Source: Amoebophrya sp. A120
Lineage: Eukaryota > Protista > Dinoflagellata
Reading direction: 5' to 3'
Assembly (NCBI GenBank): GCA_905178155.1
Contig: CAJINV010000013.1
Location: 1,264,392 to 1,328,391 of the forward strand
DNA length: 64,000 nt
The first letter of the stretch is position 1. Each line of letters opens with the position of its first letter. The notes beneath the pieces were generated by a model. The model was not told where the DNA came from and did no database searches. It saw only the letters and a program-made list of their open reading frames with translations. Position numbers and translations under genes: made by a program. Positions 22,902-33,999 of this stretch are shown in pieces.

Positions 22902-25900
22902 CTAGCTGCTCTTGGTCGGAGGTGGTGGCGGTTTTGCGGCGTCACCCTGGCCTTTGCCCGACGAGGCAGCGCCCTTGCCGCCGCCCTTGCCGGTTGACGC
23001 GGAGGACACGTTGATGCCTTTCCCGGTGAGCAGTTTTTGGTATTCTTGCTTCTCCTTCACAATGTCTGTCCCCTTTTGGATTCCGGTCTTCATCAAACCT
23101 TCCTTGGTGTGAAACCACTCGACCTTGGAGTCCTGTTAGTTTGTTCAAGGACAAGACGGGTTTCATGGTAGGTTCTTTCATCGCATAAAACTGTTCCGTC
23201 CATGACAAAATTGTTCATCATGCGCTTCAGTTCTTGCAGTGAGGAGTGAGTGAGTACTCAAAAAAACCGAAAGCACAATAAAATTATCGCGTATCATGAA
23301 AAAATCTCCTAAAAGAAGTACAAAATGAATACCGCTATGACTTTCTCCTCGCCGCCTGCTCTCTCGATGGTTTTCACGTCTTTGGAAGTGAGCACGTCGC
23401 GGATGGGTTTCCTAGCCACCTTGGTGGCGTGGTTAATGAGTACCACCAACCGCTCCGACGCTAGTATCCGTTCCCACTCCTTGTCCAGCCACCCCGGCTC
23501 TTGGTACTTGCTCATCATACCGAAGTACGCGCCGTCCAGGAGAATCTTCTCCCACCGGCTCTTGGCGCTCTTCTCCCAGACCGGCTTCAACTTCACCTCC
23601 AGGTCTTCGCGGGCGTTCAGCTTCATCAACCGTGCCTCGAACGCCTGGTCCGCGCGCCGGCCGCTGCGGTCCCCAGCCGCGTCGACATCCACATCCGCTG
23701 ATTTTTTCCTGCTCGCGCCGTCGCGGGCTTCGCGCTCGAGCTTTTTCAGCAGATCGAAGTCGTTCTCGCCATCGTTGGCCTGGTCCAGGTTGATCACGCG
23801 CTCAGTGTTTTCGCCGTCAATCTGTTTGCTGAGAACGTCGTCCGCGACCTATCCTGAGTAAAAACGTCCCCACCCCATAGTCAAGTTGGTAAATCTGCAA
23901 CACAAATCTGCCAGGTTTGGGAGTTATGCATGACAGGTTTCCATCTGCAGTGTAGTGCTGGTTAGCAAGGGAAGCTGCATGAGAAAGCCACTTTGTCATC
24001 CTGTTTACAGCATTACAGATTCCAAAACACGATTGGAAATGCCTCTCGTAGAGCTGCGCATTACAAACATTCCTGTAATCGCAAATCTGCATGACAACTC
24101 TGGGGTGGGGATGTTTTTACTCAGGATACGACCCCGTCCCACAGGTTGCGTCGACTGGCCTTCACCAATCCCGCCACGCTACTCGTCCCAAAGTTGGCTG
24201 CCGGAACAATGCTGATGGATCATGTTTTTTTAAAATTTACCAGTTCATTGGTAGCATTCCTTGCGCCGTCGGGTAAGAACTTAGAATCTTCACGGCCTGA
24301 CAATATGGACGTCGACCTCGACACGGGCGGGTACCGACCTCCCAATAATAAATTTGAACATAAGTACTTTCTATCTCTACGCATCTCGTCCACCAAATTG
24401 TCACCACTAAAGTCGGGTGCTGGTACTCCCAAAATAAAACTTATCAATCTCTAACCGACGAGTAGTACCTGGTGCTCTCCCCCGCCTCGAGCTCCCCCGC
24501 TGGCGTTGCGCCGCCCTCGTCGCCGAAAAGCTCCCCGGCCGGCGTGTTGCTGCCCATTGTTCCGGGGAGTTGGGGCGTCAACCCACCGCTTGCGCCGTAG
24601 CCCGCGCCGTACAGCGCCGGCGTTTCCCCGCCGCCTCCGCCTGCCCCCAGCATGAAGTTCCCGGGGGTCTGCCCCCCGGGGGTCATGCCGCCCGGGGTCT
24701 GCGATCCGCCGATCAGGCCCGCCGGGGTCTGTCGCATCGACGCCATCATGGCGCCGGGCGTCGCTCGGCCGCCCGCGCCGGGCGTGAAGCCCGGGGTGCC
24801 GCCGCCGCCTGGCGTGACGTAGTCCGGCATCGACCGCCCCGTCAGGGCGCCAGCAGCCTGGGACACCGCACCCGCGTGGTCAAATGGTGTCTTACTCATG
24901 TCCTCCAGGTCCTCGATGGCCATACCAGCCTGCTTCCGCTTCCCGATCATCTCGTAGTACCTATGTTTTATTTGTACATCAGTCTATTTTGATCCAGAGT
25001 ATACTTATAGTACCTGTCTACAACTCCTTGACTGAAGTACGCATCTTCAGTTTAGTAGTTGTCGTGTTTATTTCAAGCACACGACGTTGTTCGAAGTGAT
25101 AAAGATGCATATAATCGGCCCAATTTATTAATCTAGTCATGTCAACAGCCACCCTGCTACTTTCGTCGCTCTGCTGCTCGCTCGGCGTCGGGTATTCCTT
25201 TTCGGATCTTTGCCTCCCGTATCAAATGTAAAAGTGTCTGGGTCTGGAAGAATCACGCTGCTTCTGCATGACACAGAAGGTCTGGCACTGAAGCTCTAGC
25301 ATCACAAGTTTCGAGAAGCTTCCGCAAGGCCGAATCCGCATGACAAATCCACCATTTTGGTGACAGAAAGTGAGCAGCTTTTGCTGCATATGCATAAGAG
25401 ATTTTTGTGTGTTCTGAAATGCGCATCACAAGTTACATTCATCCAGACCCAGACATTTTTACACTTGATATCCCGGCCGACCACCCCGGCTCGCCCCTCT
25501 TCGTCCTCCATGAAATCTATGTCTTCCTTATTACAATGAAAAATGCCCCCACCCCCGAACTTGGGAGCATTTGTATTGCAAACCTTTCCAAATGAAACAC
25601 TCGCCGTCTTGCATCTATCAGCATCACAGGTCTCCAATCGTGAATAGCAAAAGTTTGCATTGCAAAAGACCCCAGCAAGAGCGGCGCTTGTCATGCAAGC
25701 GATGCGATACACGCCTAGACTCTGCATCAGAAAGGTTCATACTCCTTTCATGCATGACAAAAAGTTTTCATTTGGACACTTCGCATCACAAATTTTTGCA
25801 ATTTCAGGGGTGGGGGGCAATTTTCACTGTAATATTCCTCCATAGTGTAGTCCTGGTAGGTTCGTCTTTTTCGCACATTCACAATGTGGTCGAGCTCGGC

Positions 25901-27950
25901 CTCGCCGGTTTGCGCCCGCTTGGCGTGGTAGTCGTCGGGAAGGGCCGCTTTTTTCATGATGTGCTCCTCCACGTACGTTTTCGTGTTGTTGCGCAACACG
26001 TTCACGTAGTGCCTGTCATGTGTTTATAATTTTGCATGGTAGGCATAAGTATGTTGCGGCAGGCGCATTTGGCAAACGGAAAAAGTATTCTGCTACTGCT
26101 GCATCATTTTCTGTATCAGAAGGCTGCAGTCGCTTTCGGCGAATGAAGAAGCCGAGCGACTGTTAAGGCGAAGCCGAACGCCTTAAGAATCCGACGAAGA
26201 CGAACGACTTAAGAAGCCGAATGACTTAAGCCGAACGACTTAAGAAGCCGAACGACTTAAGAGGCGAAAGACTTAAGAAGCCGAAAGACTTAAGGTGGCG
26301 CCGAACGACTTAAGAGGCCGAACGACTTAAGGTGGGGCCGAACGACTTAAGAAGCCGAACGACTTAAGAAGCCGAACGACTTAAGAAGCCGAACGACTTA
26401 AGGCCAAGCCGAACGACTTTCTTAAGAAGCCGAAAGACTTAAGAAGCCGCAAGACTTAAGAAGCCGAACGACTTAAAGCCAAGCTACACAACTTAAAAGC
26501 CGAATGACTTAAGAAGGCGGACGACTTAAGGCGAAGGCGAACGACTTAGGGGGCGGCACGGCTTATGAAGGCGAAAGACTTAAGGTTAGGCCGCACGACT
26601 TAAGGCGAAGGCGAACGACTTAGGGGGCGGCACGGCTTATGAAGCCGAAAGACTTAAGGTTAGGCCGCACGACTTAAGGCGAAGGCGAACGACTTAGGGG
26701 GCGGCACGGCTTCTGAAGCCGAAAGACTTAAGGTTAGGCCGCACGACTTAAGGAACCGAATTGAGAGGCCGAACGACTTAACGAGCCGTCCGACTTACCA
26801 AGACGGAACCTCCGCACGAGCCGCACTACTTAAGACCAAGCCGAACGACTTAAGACGGCCACCAGCAAGCTGGTTATTCAACAAGAGGAGCACATAAACA
26901 AAGAAAACTGGTAGGTCCAAATATTAAATGCGTTTCTTCAATACCACAAAATTTCGTATGGTATGCGGCTCAAACTGGGTATGAGGTTTTTCGCTTCCCG
27001 CACGCTTTGTGGGCACAAGTTGCAGAGCTGAATGACCTCGACCGCGAAGAGCCGGTGCGAGACTTCATACGTGTCCTTCTCCGCGTCCTCGGGTTTGTCT
27101 ATGTACTCATCCACACTCGCCTTCAGTTGTCGCACCGTGCTTGGGTACCCCTTCCGGTCGATGAAAGAGAGCGGAGCTTTACCCGTAAGAGCTGGCGCTT
27201 TCGGCACCTCCACGTAGTCGAAGGGCGGGTAATCTTGGGGGTGACCTGTTCGTCGTGTTTCCAAATTTCCCGTTTTTTTTGGGAACGCAGCAAAAAATTA
27301 CTTTCCATTGCATCGAATGAGAATTTGCAGTGTATAGGCAAGAACATTTAGGTAGCGACTTGCGAAAGAGAAAGTATACGTTTTATCTCCGCGTCGTCTG
27401 GTGAGTGGAGATGTCTTGTCCAATGCTCCAGCAGCATGCGCGGCAGTGCCATGTTGTCGTCTGTGCCGGGCTTCGGCAAGAGAAAACTCGTACTTCTGCA
27501 AGCTTGAGTGGTCAGGGCGAAGATGTCTGGCACGTTCCCTTTTCGGTGGTTCGAGATGAAGTCTAATCGCCTGTTGTAATAATGATGTTTTTGGGATTTT
27601 TTCTCGTTCGCGGAATCAAAAAGTCGCGGAGTAAAAAATCAATCGGATCACGAAACAGAACGAGAAAAACCGTCGAAAACAAAACTGTACTCAGCCAGTT
27701 CGTAGCCGGTTAAAGGATTCATGAAGCGGCAGTGCAAGGGGTGGCCTTCGTTGAATTTTTTTCCCTTTTCCGAGGTCTCAGGCTGGTCGTCGTCGTATTC
27801 GGACACGCCGCCCCAGAGGTCGCCGATGTTCAGTTTCTGGGGCACCTGAAAATCGTCCTCGATGATGGTGCCCATGTTGTGCTGGACGTAATCGTCCACA
27901 TAGTCCTCATCGGGGACTTCCTCGGTCGTCTTCCCAAACATGTTCGGCAT
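22902..27950 (-). CDS. Multi-exon protein with an RPB4-like (HRDC-fold) domain, a TPG-repeat region and a Gly/Lys-rich tail
   Basis: EVIQLCNLCPQSVREAKNLIPSL resembles the RPB4 signature (LANLCPETAEESKALIPSL). Exons from 27264 to 23340 join in frame through introns 26013-26944, 24961-25160, 24212-24468 and three introners. Terminal exon joins are less certain. Confidence 0.65.
23850..24128. mobile_element. Introner/MITE family B, 279 bp, DR CGACC; inverted relative to the 9046 copy
   Basis: TIR TATCCTGAGTAAAAACGTCCCCACCCC / GGGGTGGGGATGTTTTTACTCAGGATA; removing 284 nt restores the frame (LWDGVADDV). Confidence 0.95.
25220..25470. mobile_element. Introner/MITE family A, 251 bp, DR TCCCG
   Basis: Collinear with 7975-8225; removing 256 nt restores the frame (VVGREAKIR). 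Confidence 0.95.
25529..25834. mobile_element. Introner/MITE family C, 306 bp, DR TTCCT
   Basis: TIR TATTACAATGAAAAATGCCCCCACCCC / GGGGTGGGGGGCAATTTTCACTGTAATA; near-identical reverse complement of 55076-55383; removing 311 nt restores the frame. Confidence 0.95.
26146..26855. repeat. Intronic minisatellite, ~17-21-bp unit AAGAAGCCGAACGACTT, with a 74-bp higher-order repeat x3
   Basis: Tandem units directly visible; 74-bp period starting at 26521, 26595 and 26669; lies within GT-AG intron 26013-26944. Confidence 0.95.
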
Positions 27951-29234
27951 TTTGTTGAGGGGATGTAGGCGGTCGTGTGGTTGTGTCGCTAGTACTTCGA
28001 TTCACCGATTATTACGGCTGGAGGTCCTTTGCTTTGTTTTCTAGCTGTTCGCTCAGTATCGCGGCCCGTCGAGGCACAACATTTTCTCACCGGTAGTTGC
28101 TGTTGCGCTTTTTCCGGCGTGGTGGGAAAGGTTCAAGTTGCTTGTCGCCACGGAAAAAATACTTAACTGCTCTACAACTTGGACGACAGTAGGTTGTAGA
28201 ACAAGGACTACAAACTTTTTGAAAAAGTTCACTACACAAATTGAGTCTCGCTTAGTTGTTGTGTCGCTGCTAGGGGTGTTTGCCGTGTTGCGTGTTTGAT
28301 GGTGGTTTTCTCAGGGAACCTTATTTCCGAATCATTGCAATCTTCTAACCTGTCAGCGATTTCCAAGAAGATCTAGCGGAAGTAGATGCCGTCGTTTGTC
28401 AACAGACAGCTGTCCTCGTCTGATCACCTGGATGACCCACAACAGAAGGAGCTTGTTGCCAAGTTCTTCCTCGCAGAATTTCTACGCGGGCACGGTCTGT
28501 GGTCCCTGCAGGTACAAGAAGCGCGAGCCTCCGCTTTCTTCTTGACAATCAGATCTGTGACAGGAGCTTCGTCTCGTGAAGCAACATCTTTAATGTCAGC
28601 GATAGAGCGACAGGTTCGCTGTATTTACTGCGACTGGTGTTGCGACAGAATCATTCAAAAATTTTATTTTTCTCATCTTAGATTAGTATAGCGGTCTATA
28701 CAGCACTCGCTAGTACTTATCCACAATTTCGTCAGTGAGTGCGCAAGATTCTTCGAAGTGATCTAGAGATGTCGAGATCATCACTGCACTGCCGTACTTT
28801 AGTGAGCAATCGCAGCGGACTTATTATATTGGTGAGCGACGGACTAAGATTTCGGGCTTTCGTACTACACTGCTTCTATCTTCACAGCTCGCTCGGAACG
28901 CTCTTGAAGAACATCATTTGCAGCAGGACGCTGTACTTATTCAAGAGCAGGCATAATTTTCCAGTGAATCATGGGAGAACAAGACGCGAACGCCACAGAA
29001 CCTTTACTGCGACGTGAAGTGCGCGGTTGTGCTGCAAACCGCCTGTCCGGCCGGCGATTCACAGACACGAAAGCTCTTTCTCGCGCGCGCGGCACGTCAT
29101 GCGTTCGCTTTTGCAAGACGGCCCGCGATTCTTCCGCGCCGGACATCTTCATGATCTGGCTACCTTCACAACTACTCCTAGATTCACATCAACCATTTCT
29201 GCTGCAGCGCTGCAAAGATAAACCTCCGCCTTGC

Positions 29235-29753
29235 TCAGTCGTCAAAGCAGTCTTTTATGTGCATCGCATACAGCAGGATCCCGGTCGAGAGCGGGATAAT
29301 GATGAGACTGCCGATTACGATCCCCGCAAGGCCACCGGACATGACTCCAGCCTCGTACTCAATGTCAATGTTCCGTATCTGCTGGTTGCAATTGTTGCCC
29401 TCCCAAAAGGGATTGCAAATGCACAGGTCGCCACCGCCAACCGGGCCGCATTTTCCTTTACCTAGGTGTGGAGATTCTTTTTCTTTTTTACAAGTTGCAA
29501 TTTTGCTGTATTGTGTTACGCACTGTAGTATCGCTATCCCACGAGGTGGACCGCTAGGAATTCTGCATGCAAAGATCAGATAAACTCTCCCTTGAGTACC
29601 GGAACACTGCACGTCTGCGTTGCAGGCTGCCCGTGGCGCGATACTGGTCAATGTTTGCGCGTCACTGGAAGGTATACTTGTTGCGAGCAGAAGAAACAAA
29701 CACGAAACCGCGTGCAAGAGACGCGAGAAACGAGGAACGAGTGATGTTGGCAT
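29235..29753 (-). CDS. Small type I membrane protein: signal peptide, one EGF-like domain, TM helix
   Basis: Removing GT-AG intron 29462-29599 gives C..QCSGKGKC...CICNPFWEGNNC followed by GLAGIVIGSLIIIPLSTGILLYAM. Confidence 0.75.
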   Translation of the reverse strand: MPTSLVPRFSRLLHAVSCLFLLLATSIPSSDAQTLTSIAPRAACNADVQCSGTQGRVYLIFACRIPSGPPRGIAILQCVTQYSKIATCKKEKESPHLGKGKCGPVGGGDLCICNPFWEGNNCNQQIRNIDIEYEAGVMSGGLAGIVIGSLIIIPLSTGILLYAMHIKDCFDD

Positions 29754-30140
29754 CTTGTGTCTCACCGCCTGCCACGACGCGGCTCTGAAAGAAACACCTT
29801 CTTTTGTCTGAAACGGTATGTGGTCGAAAGGAACTTCATAAAATGCAAAAGGCACTTTCTCACATCCCTCAATCACTTTGTTCCCTCTGAGTCGTCTGCA
29901 CGAACTTGGATCTGTCACAGGGTTCCGTCAGCTGGGGATCTGCAAAGAGGATTCTTCGTCCTGGCCTGTAAGATAAACACAGTCTCGCATTTGGAGAGAA
30001 ACGCAGAATTCGACCAGCCAGAGTGGCTGCAGAGACGAGGTTTGATATTCCAGCCTTACCTAGCCCGGTAACCGCATTTGCAGCATTTTTGTACTGGAAT
30101 AGTTGGAAGTGAAAGTGATGCGACATCAAACTTCTGTTAT

Positions 30141-31987
30141 TTACATCTTCGCCAACAGATCTGAAAAGTCAAACTCGTCTTCCAAACCCCGGAAGTCCTC
30201 TTGAAAATCTCGGCTGGCTCGCCACTTTGCCAGAAAATCCGCACGCTGGAGCACGTGACCGCCAAGGCGGTGTGAAAGGGGAGAAGTGAGGACGCGACCG
30301 GCTTGTACTGCTCTTTGTCAAAAATGCACACTTTAACTCTCGTGCCCTCGTACTCGTAGTTATGCAAGAACTCAAAATGCATTCTCCGCAAATAAACCAA
30401 CCAACACGCAAGAACAGTGTCGCGCCCTCACGGTCTCCACCTTCATACATCCGACTTGTATTTCATGGTCATGTCTCCCGCCTCCTCCTGCGTGTCTGCA
30501 GCTTCTCCCGCTTTCTTCGCCGTGGGCTTTTTCTTCTTCCGGGGCGGGTGGCCCAGATTCCAAAAATCGTACTGATTCCTTTCGAGCCACTTGCCCAGCA
30601 GCCACATCTGCAGTAGCCCGCAGTTCGGCTTCGATTTGTCACAGAAGCCCGTTAACGAGGTGTACACTTTTCCGAAACTGTAACCGCACTCCCCTGCGAT
30701 TAGCTTCAGCTTCTCCTGTTTTTTACTTGAGGCGGAACTGTTTGTCGTGTCGGTAGTAGAAGCGTGCGCTGGACCGCCTGCTCCGGAAGTAGAAGAACTA
30801 CTTGCGCCGGGCTGTGTTTCAGTGGAAATACCCCCTGTTATCTTACCGGGCGTTGCAACCGGATCATTCTCTTCTACCACCTCGTAGAGCTCGATAGAAT
30901 GTGGGACCAGCTTCATGTTTTTCTTACCGTTTGATCCTTCGCCACTCGGCGACGACTTCCCGCGCTGACGTCCTTTTTGTTCTCGCACATTTGTGCTAGA
31001 GCTGGCTTGGCCTGCTTTCGACGCATGGTTTGGCTCCTGCTGGGCTTGAAAGAAGGCGTTCATCTTCCCCCTGCCTTTGCTTGCCTCTGGTGGCAACAGA
31101 CCCGCCTGCCGCACCAAACTTGCATAGTCTTTGTTGTACCAGCAGGACTCGTGATCTTCTTTCTGTGCCTCTTCGTCTTTCCCCGTCGCATCATCCGCAG
31201 ATTTTTCTTTCTCGGCATTACCATTTTTCTTTTTCCCCGCCGACCAATACTCGCCGATTTTCCGGACGCACTCGTCCCAATTTCTCGTGTTGAACAAGCG
31301 GAATTTCCCGCGCTTCAAAAACCGCCGCGTTTTGCGGCCGATATGTAGGTTCTGAAAGTCCAACACGCAGTAGCTCTTCTGGATCTCGGGCAGCAAATAT
31401 TTCGAGTGGCGCACCGCGATGAACCCCTCGAAGGCCAGGCGGCGGTAGTACTGCGGGGTCCAGGTGGTGGTGATGTAGTAGTGGTGGTAGGTGTCTTCCA
31501 TCAGAATTTCGAAAATTTTCTCGTTCTCCAAATCGTCGGGCTCTAGACGCCGAATCGGCGCGGGCTCCTCGTCGCTGTCGTCTTCGTCGGGATCATTTTC
31601 TTCGTCTACGTCCATGTTCGCGGTGTTTTGTTGTACCTCCGCTGCTGGTTGTTCGTCATTCTGCGCTTTTGCAGGTGCGGCGGCGGGGGTTTGTTCTTTA
31701 TTTCCAGGTGAAGAAGTACTATGCGTCTGTTGTTCACTTTCTTTTCCGGCCTGGCTGCTGCTCTTCATATTGTCGTCGTGTTTCCCAACAGCAGGCGAAG
31801 TCGCCCCTGTTTGATGATTCTGCGGCGCTTGTGGTTCACCTTCGTTCCTTTGCTTCCGGGGCCCCGAAGAAGGACTGCTGCTGGTCGCTTGTCCCTCCGC
31901 TCGCGCCGCGGGGCGGTAGGACGAAGAGCTGCTGCTTGCGCCGGGAGTGTTTTGCACATTATCTTCTCGTGCCACTGGTGCAGACAT
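30141..31987 (-). CDS. Leu/Phe-tRNA-protein transferase-like (Aat/ATEL1-type) aminoacyl transferase
   Basis: Motifs LHIGRKTRR, HSIELY, LIAGECGYSFGKVYTSLTGF and FWNLGHP. The last exon LGGHVLQRADFLAKW joins to MKYKSD after a 182-nt removal. Confidence 0.8.
30271..30447. mobile_element. Introner, unique family, 177 bp, DR decayed
   Basis: About 28-bp TIR (sense TATGAAGGTGGAGACCGTGAGGGCGCGAC / GTCGCGTCCTCACTTCTCCCCTTTCACA); element+5 restores the frame. Confidence 0.85.
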
Positions 31988-32645
31988 CTTGTTGATCGAA
32001 GGGAGTTTTACGTACAAACCAGGGTCGGCATCAAACTTACTCTCAGAAAGGTAAAGCTACAGACCCCGCTTTACATTTTACAATTCTTTCGGTGCGTACT
32101 AGGTAGGTAGAAAACTAACCAAGTGAGGTAGAAAACTAAACGAGCACTTTCCACCGAGGATCACTGATGAAGGTGCAAGTTGCACAAAGATCGAGCGGTT
32201 CCCGAAACTCTAAATGGGGGCAACAGTTCCAGCCTTACTTGGATATTAGCATCCTGTCCTTCTTCCAGTACCGGGGCGCACAAGGCAACCGAAACACCTA
32301 ACTAGATCCGCCTAGAAGAAGATCGCAAAGGAAGACAAGCTGCCACTAAAAATCTTCCGAACAACAGTGAAACAAAAGGAGCGGATCTCTTCAACTCGCG
32401 ACTTGGCAACCGTGCGGGGTTTCATTAGCACGGGCGTTGCTCTTCACGTAATTGAAATTGATATCGGTCGTAAAAACGTGCGAAACAACAATTTACTGGC
32501 AATACTACATGATCATCCACATCCAATCTTTTCTTGTGTTTTTGTACAGGAGTTTGATGGCATGTTCTTGTGTGCTACTTCAGAAGTTCATCTTCATTCG
32601 ATAGCAGCACTATTGCTATTCCAACCGCACGGAAATAATCTTATC

Positions 32646-33999
32646 CTACATTTGCGGACAACTCCCGGCTAAGGGGTGCTGACCGCCGTGCCGACCGGCG
32701 CCCTTGAGAAAGGGAATTTCCACGCCGCCCTTCCCGCCGAAGATGATGCACTCTTTCTCCAAGTCGAGAATGCACTTAAACCTTCGCATCTGGTCGATCC
32801 CCAGCATGAACAGCGGCTCCTTCATGTCTAGCACGACAAAGTCCAGGAAAAACTCCACCAGGTTGAAGGTCACCGCGACGTTTTCCAGCGTGCCCAAAAT
32901 CTTCGCGGTGCCCACGCCGGACGCCACGCCCTGGCGCATGGTGTTCAATTTTGAGTTCAGCTTGAGGCGGTCCACGAGGGGTTTGGAGATCACGGAGTTC
33001 TGCGCGCCGGTGTCGATCATCATCTCCACCATCACCTGATTGATCTCGCACGCCACGTACACCATCTCGTCGTTGGTTTCCTCCCGCTGAACTTGCTGCG
33101 CCTGCTGCATTAGCCCGGGTAGCGCGCTCGCGGGAATCAGGACGGGCTGGCCGCCCCCGGCCGGCTGGACCAAAACCATGTTGTCTCCGTGAGCGTTATT
33201 TCTTGCGCCTTTATTCCCCGGCGCGTGGTGTGGAAGGAAAAAGTTTGCTCTGCCGATCTTGTCATGCTCGGATATAAGCTCGTTTTTACCTTGCATCAAT
33301 AAGTTGCGGTCGTCCGCTGCTACTGGCACTGGAGATGAACTGCATACTGACGCATGACAAAATCACAGAACCATCTACTTTTCTTGCTATCATACATTCC
33401 CGCCCGTTTTGCCCATAGTCGGCTGGAAGTTCGCATGCCCGGGTGTAGCACCCTTCTGTTGCCCCTTACCTGCGGGTGCAAACGGGCTGAAACCCGGCCC
33501 GTGGTTGCTACCGCTTCCCGAACCCCCACCGAGAGGACCCATTGCGGGACTTGGGTTTATTATTGGTGGTCCGGACGCGCCCATTTCCCCGCTCAACGCC
33601 CACGCCAACTGCTCATCCTCGCCCTCCTGCGCGAGACGGGCGGCCAGCGCGGCATCCCGCTGCTCCTGCTCGCCCTGTATGGATGGCAAAAGTGCAAAGA
33701 ACGCGCCATCTGCGTGCTGTGCAGTGAAGAACGACCACGGGTGTGCGAAATTCATCATTGCGGGATTCGCATGTATGATATACCAGAACAGATAAACCGC
33801 CTATTAGCAAATGAGTTGTCCGGATCAAATTCACAAGACAACGCACACGTTGACGACGCGGTCGAAATATTTCGCAATGCATAGTACGAAGCTGCTGTTG
33901 CTGGGCGGTGGAGCTGCCCGCCGTAGCCGCACCACTACTTTCCGCCCGATTGGTGTTCGTCGAAGCCGGTCCGCCGACCCGGTTCCCGCGCCAGAACAT
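32646..33999 (-). CDS. DDI1-like retropepsin aspartyl protease with a UIM-like segment; two degenerate introner-like introns
   Basis: MVYVACEIN...MIDTGAQNSVIS...GVASGVGTAKILG...MLGIDQMRRFKCILDL matches the DDI1 RVP domain; DAALAARLAQE / DEQLAWALS is UIM-like. Confidence 0.85.
33223..33394. mobile_element. Degenerate introner-like intron; left boundary approximate
   Basis: Sense start G-TATGATAGCAAGAAAAGT; decayed IR with TTGTCATGC/GCATGACAA at both ends; flanking ORFs share a frame. Confidence 0.6.
33678..33883. mobile_element. Degenerate introner-like intron, 206 bp
   Basis: TATG...CATA ends, weak TIR, DR decayed; removing 211 nt joins MFWRGN...QQLR to EQEQRD in frame. Confidence 0.7.

Noticed and set aside
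25302-26029. Repeated small ORFs (MQSLGVYR..., MYCKPFQMK..., CKxVWVWK, LSKNVPTP) as a protein family
   Set aside because: They are translations of non-coding introner copies; frames and stops are not conserved across copies.
26146-26855. CRISPR array
   Set aside because: Units are contiguous with no unique spacers, no cas genes are present, and the context is a eukaryotic intron.
32646-33100. Retrotransposon protease
   Set aside because: The motifs are DDI1-type, with no gag, RT, integrase or LTRs nearby.
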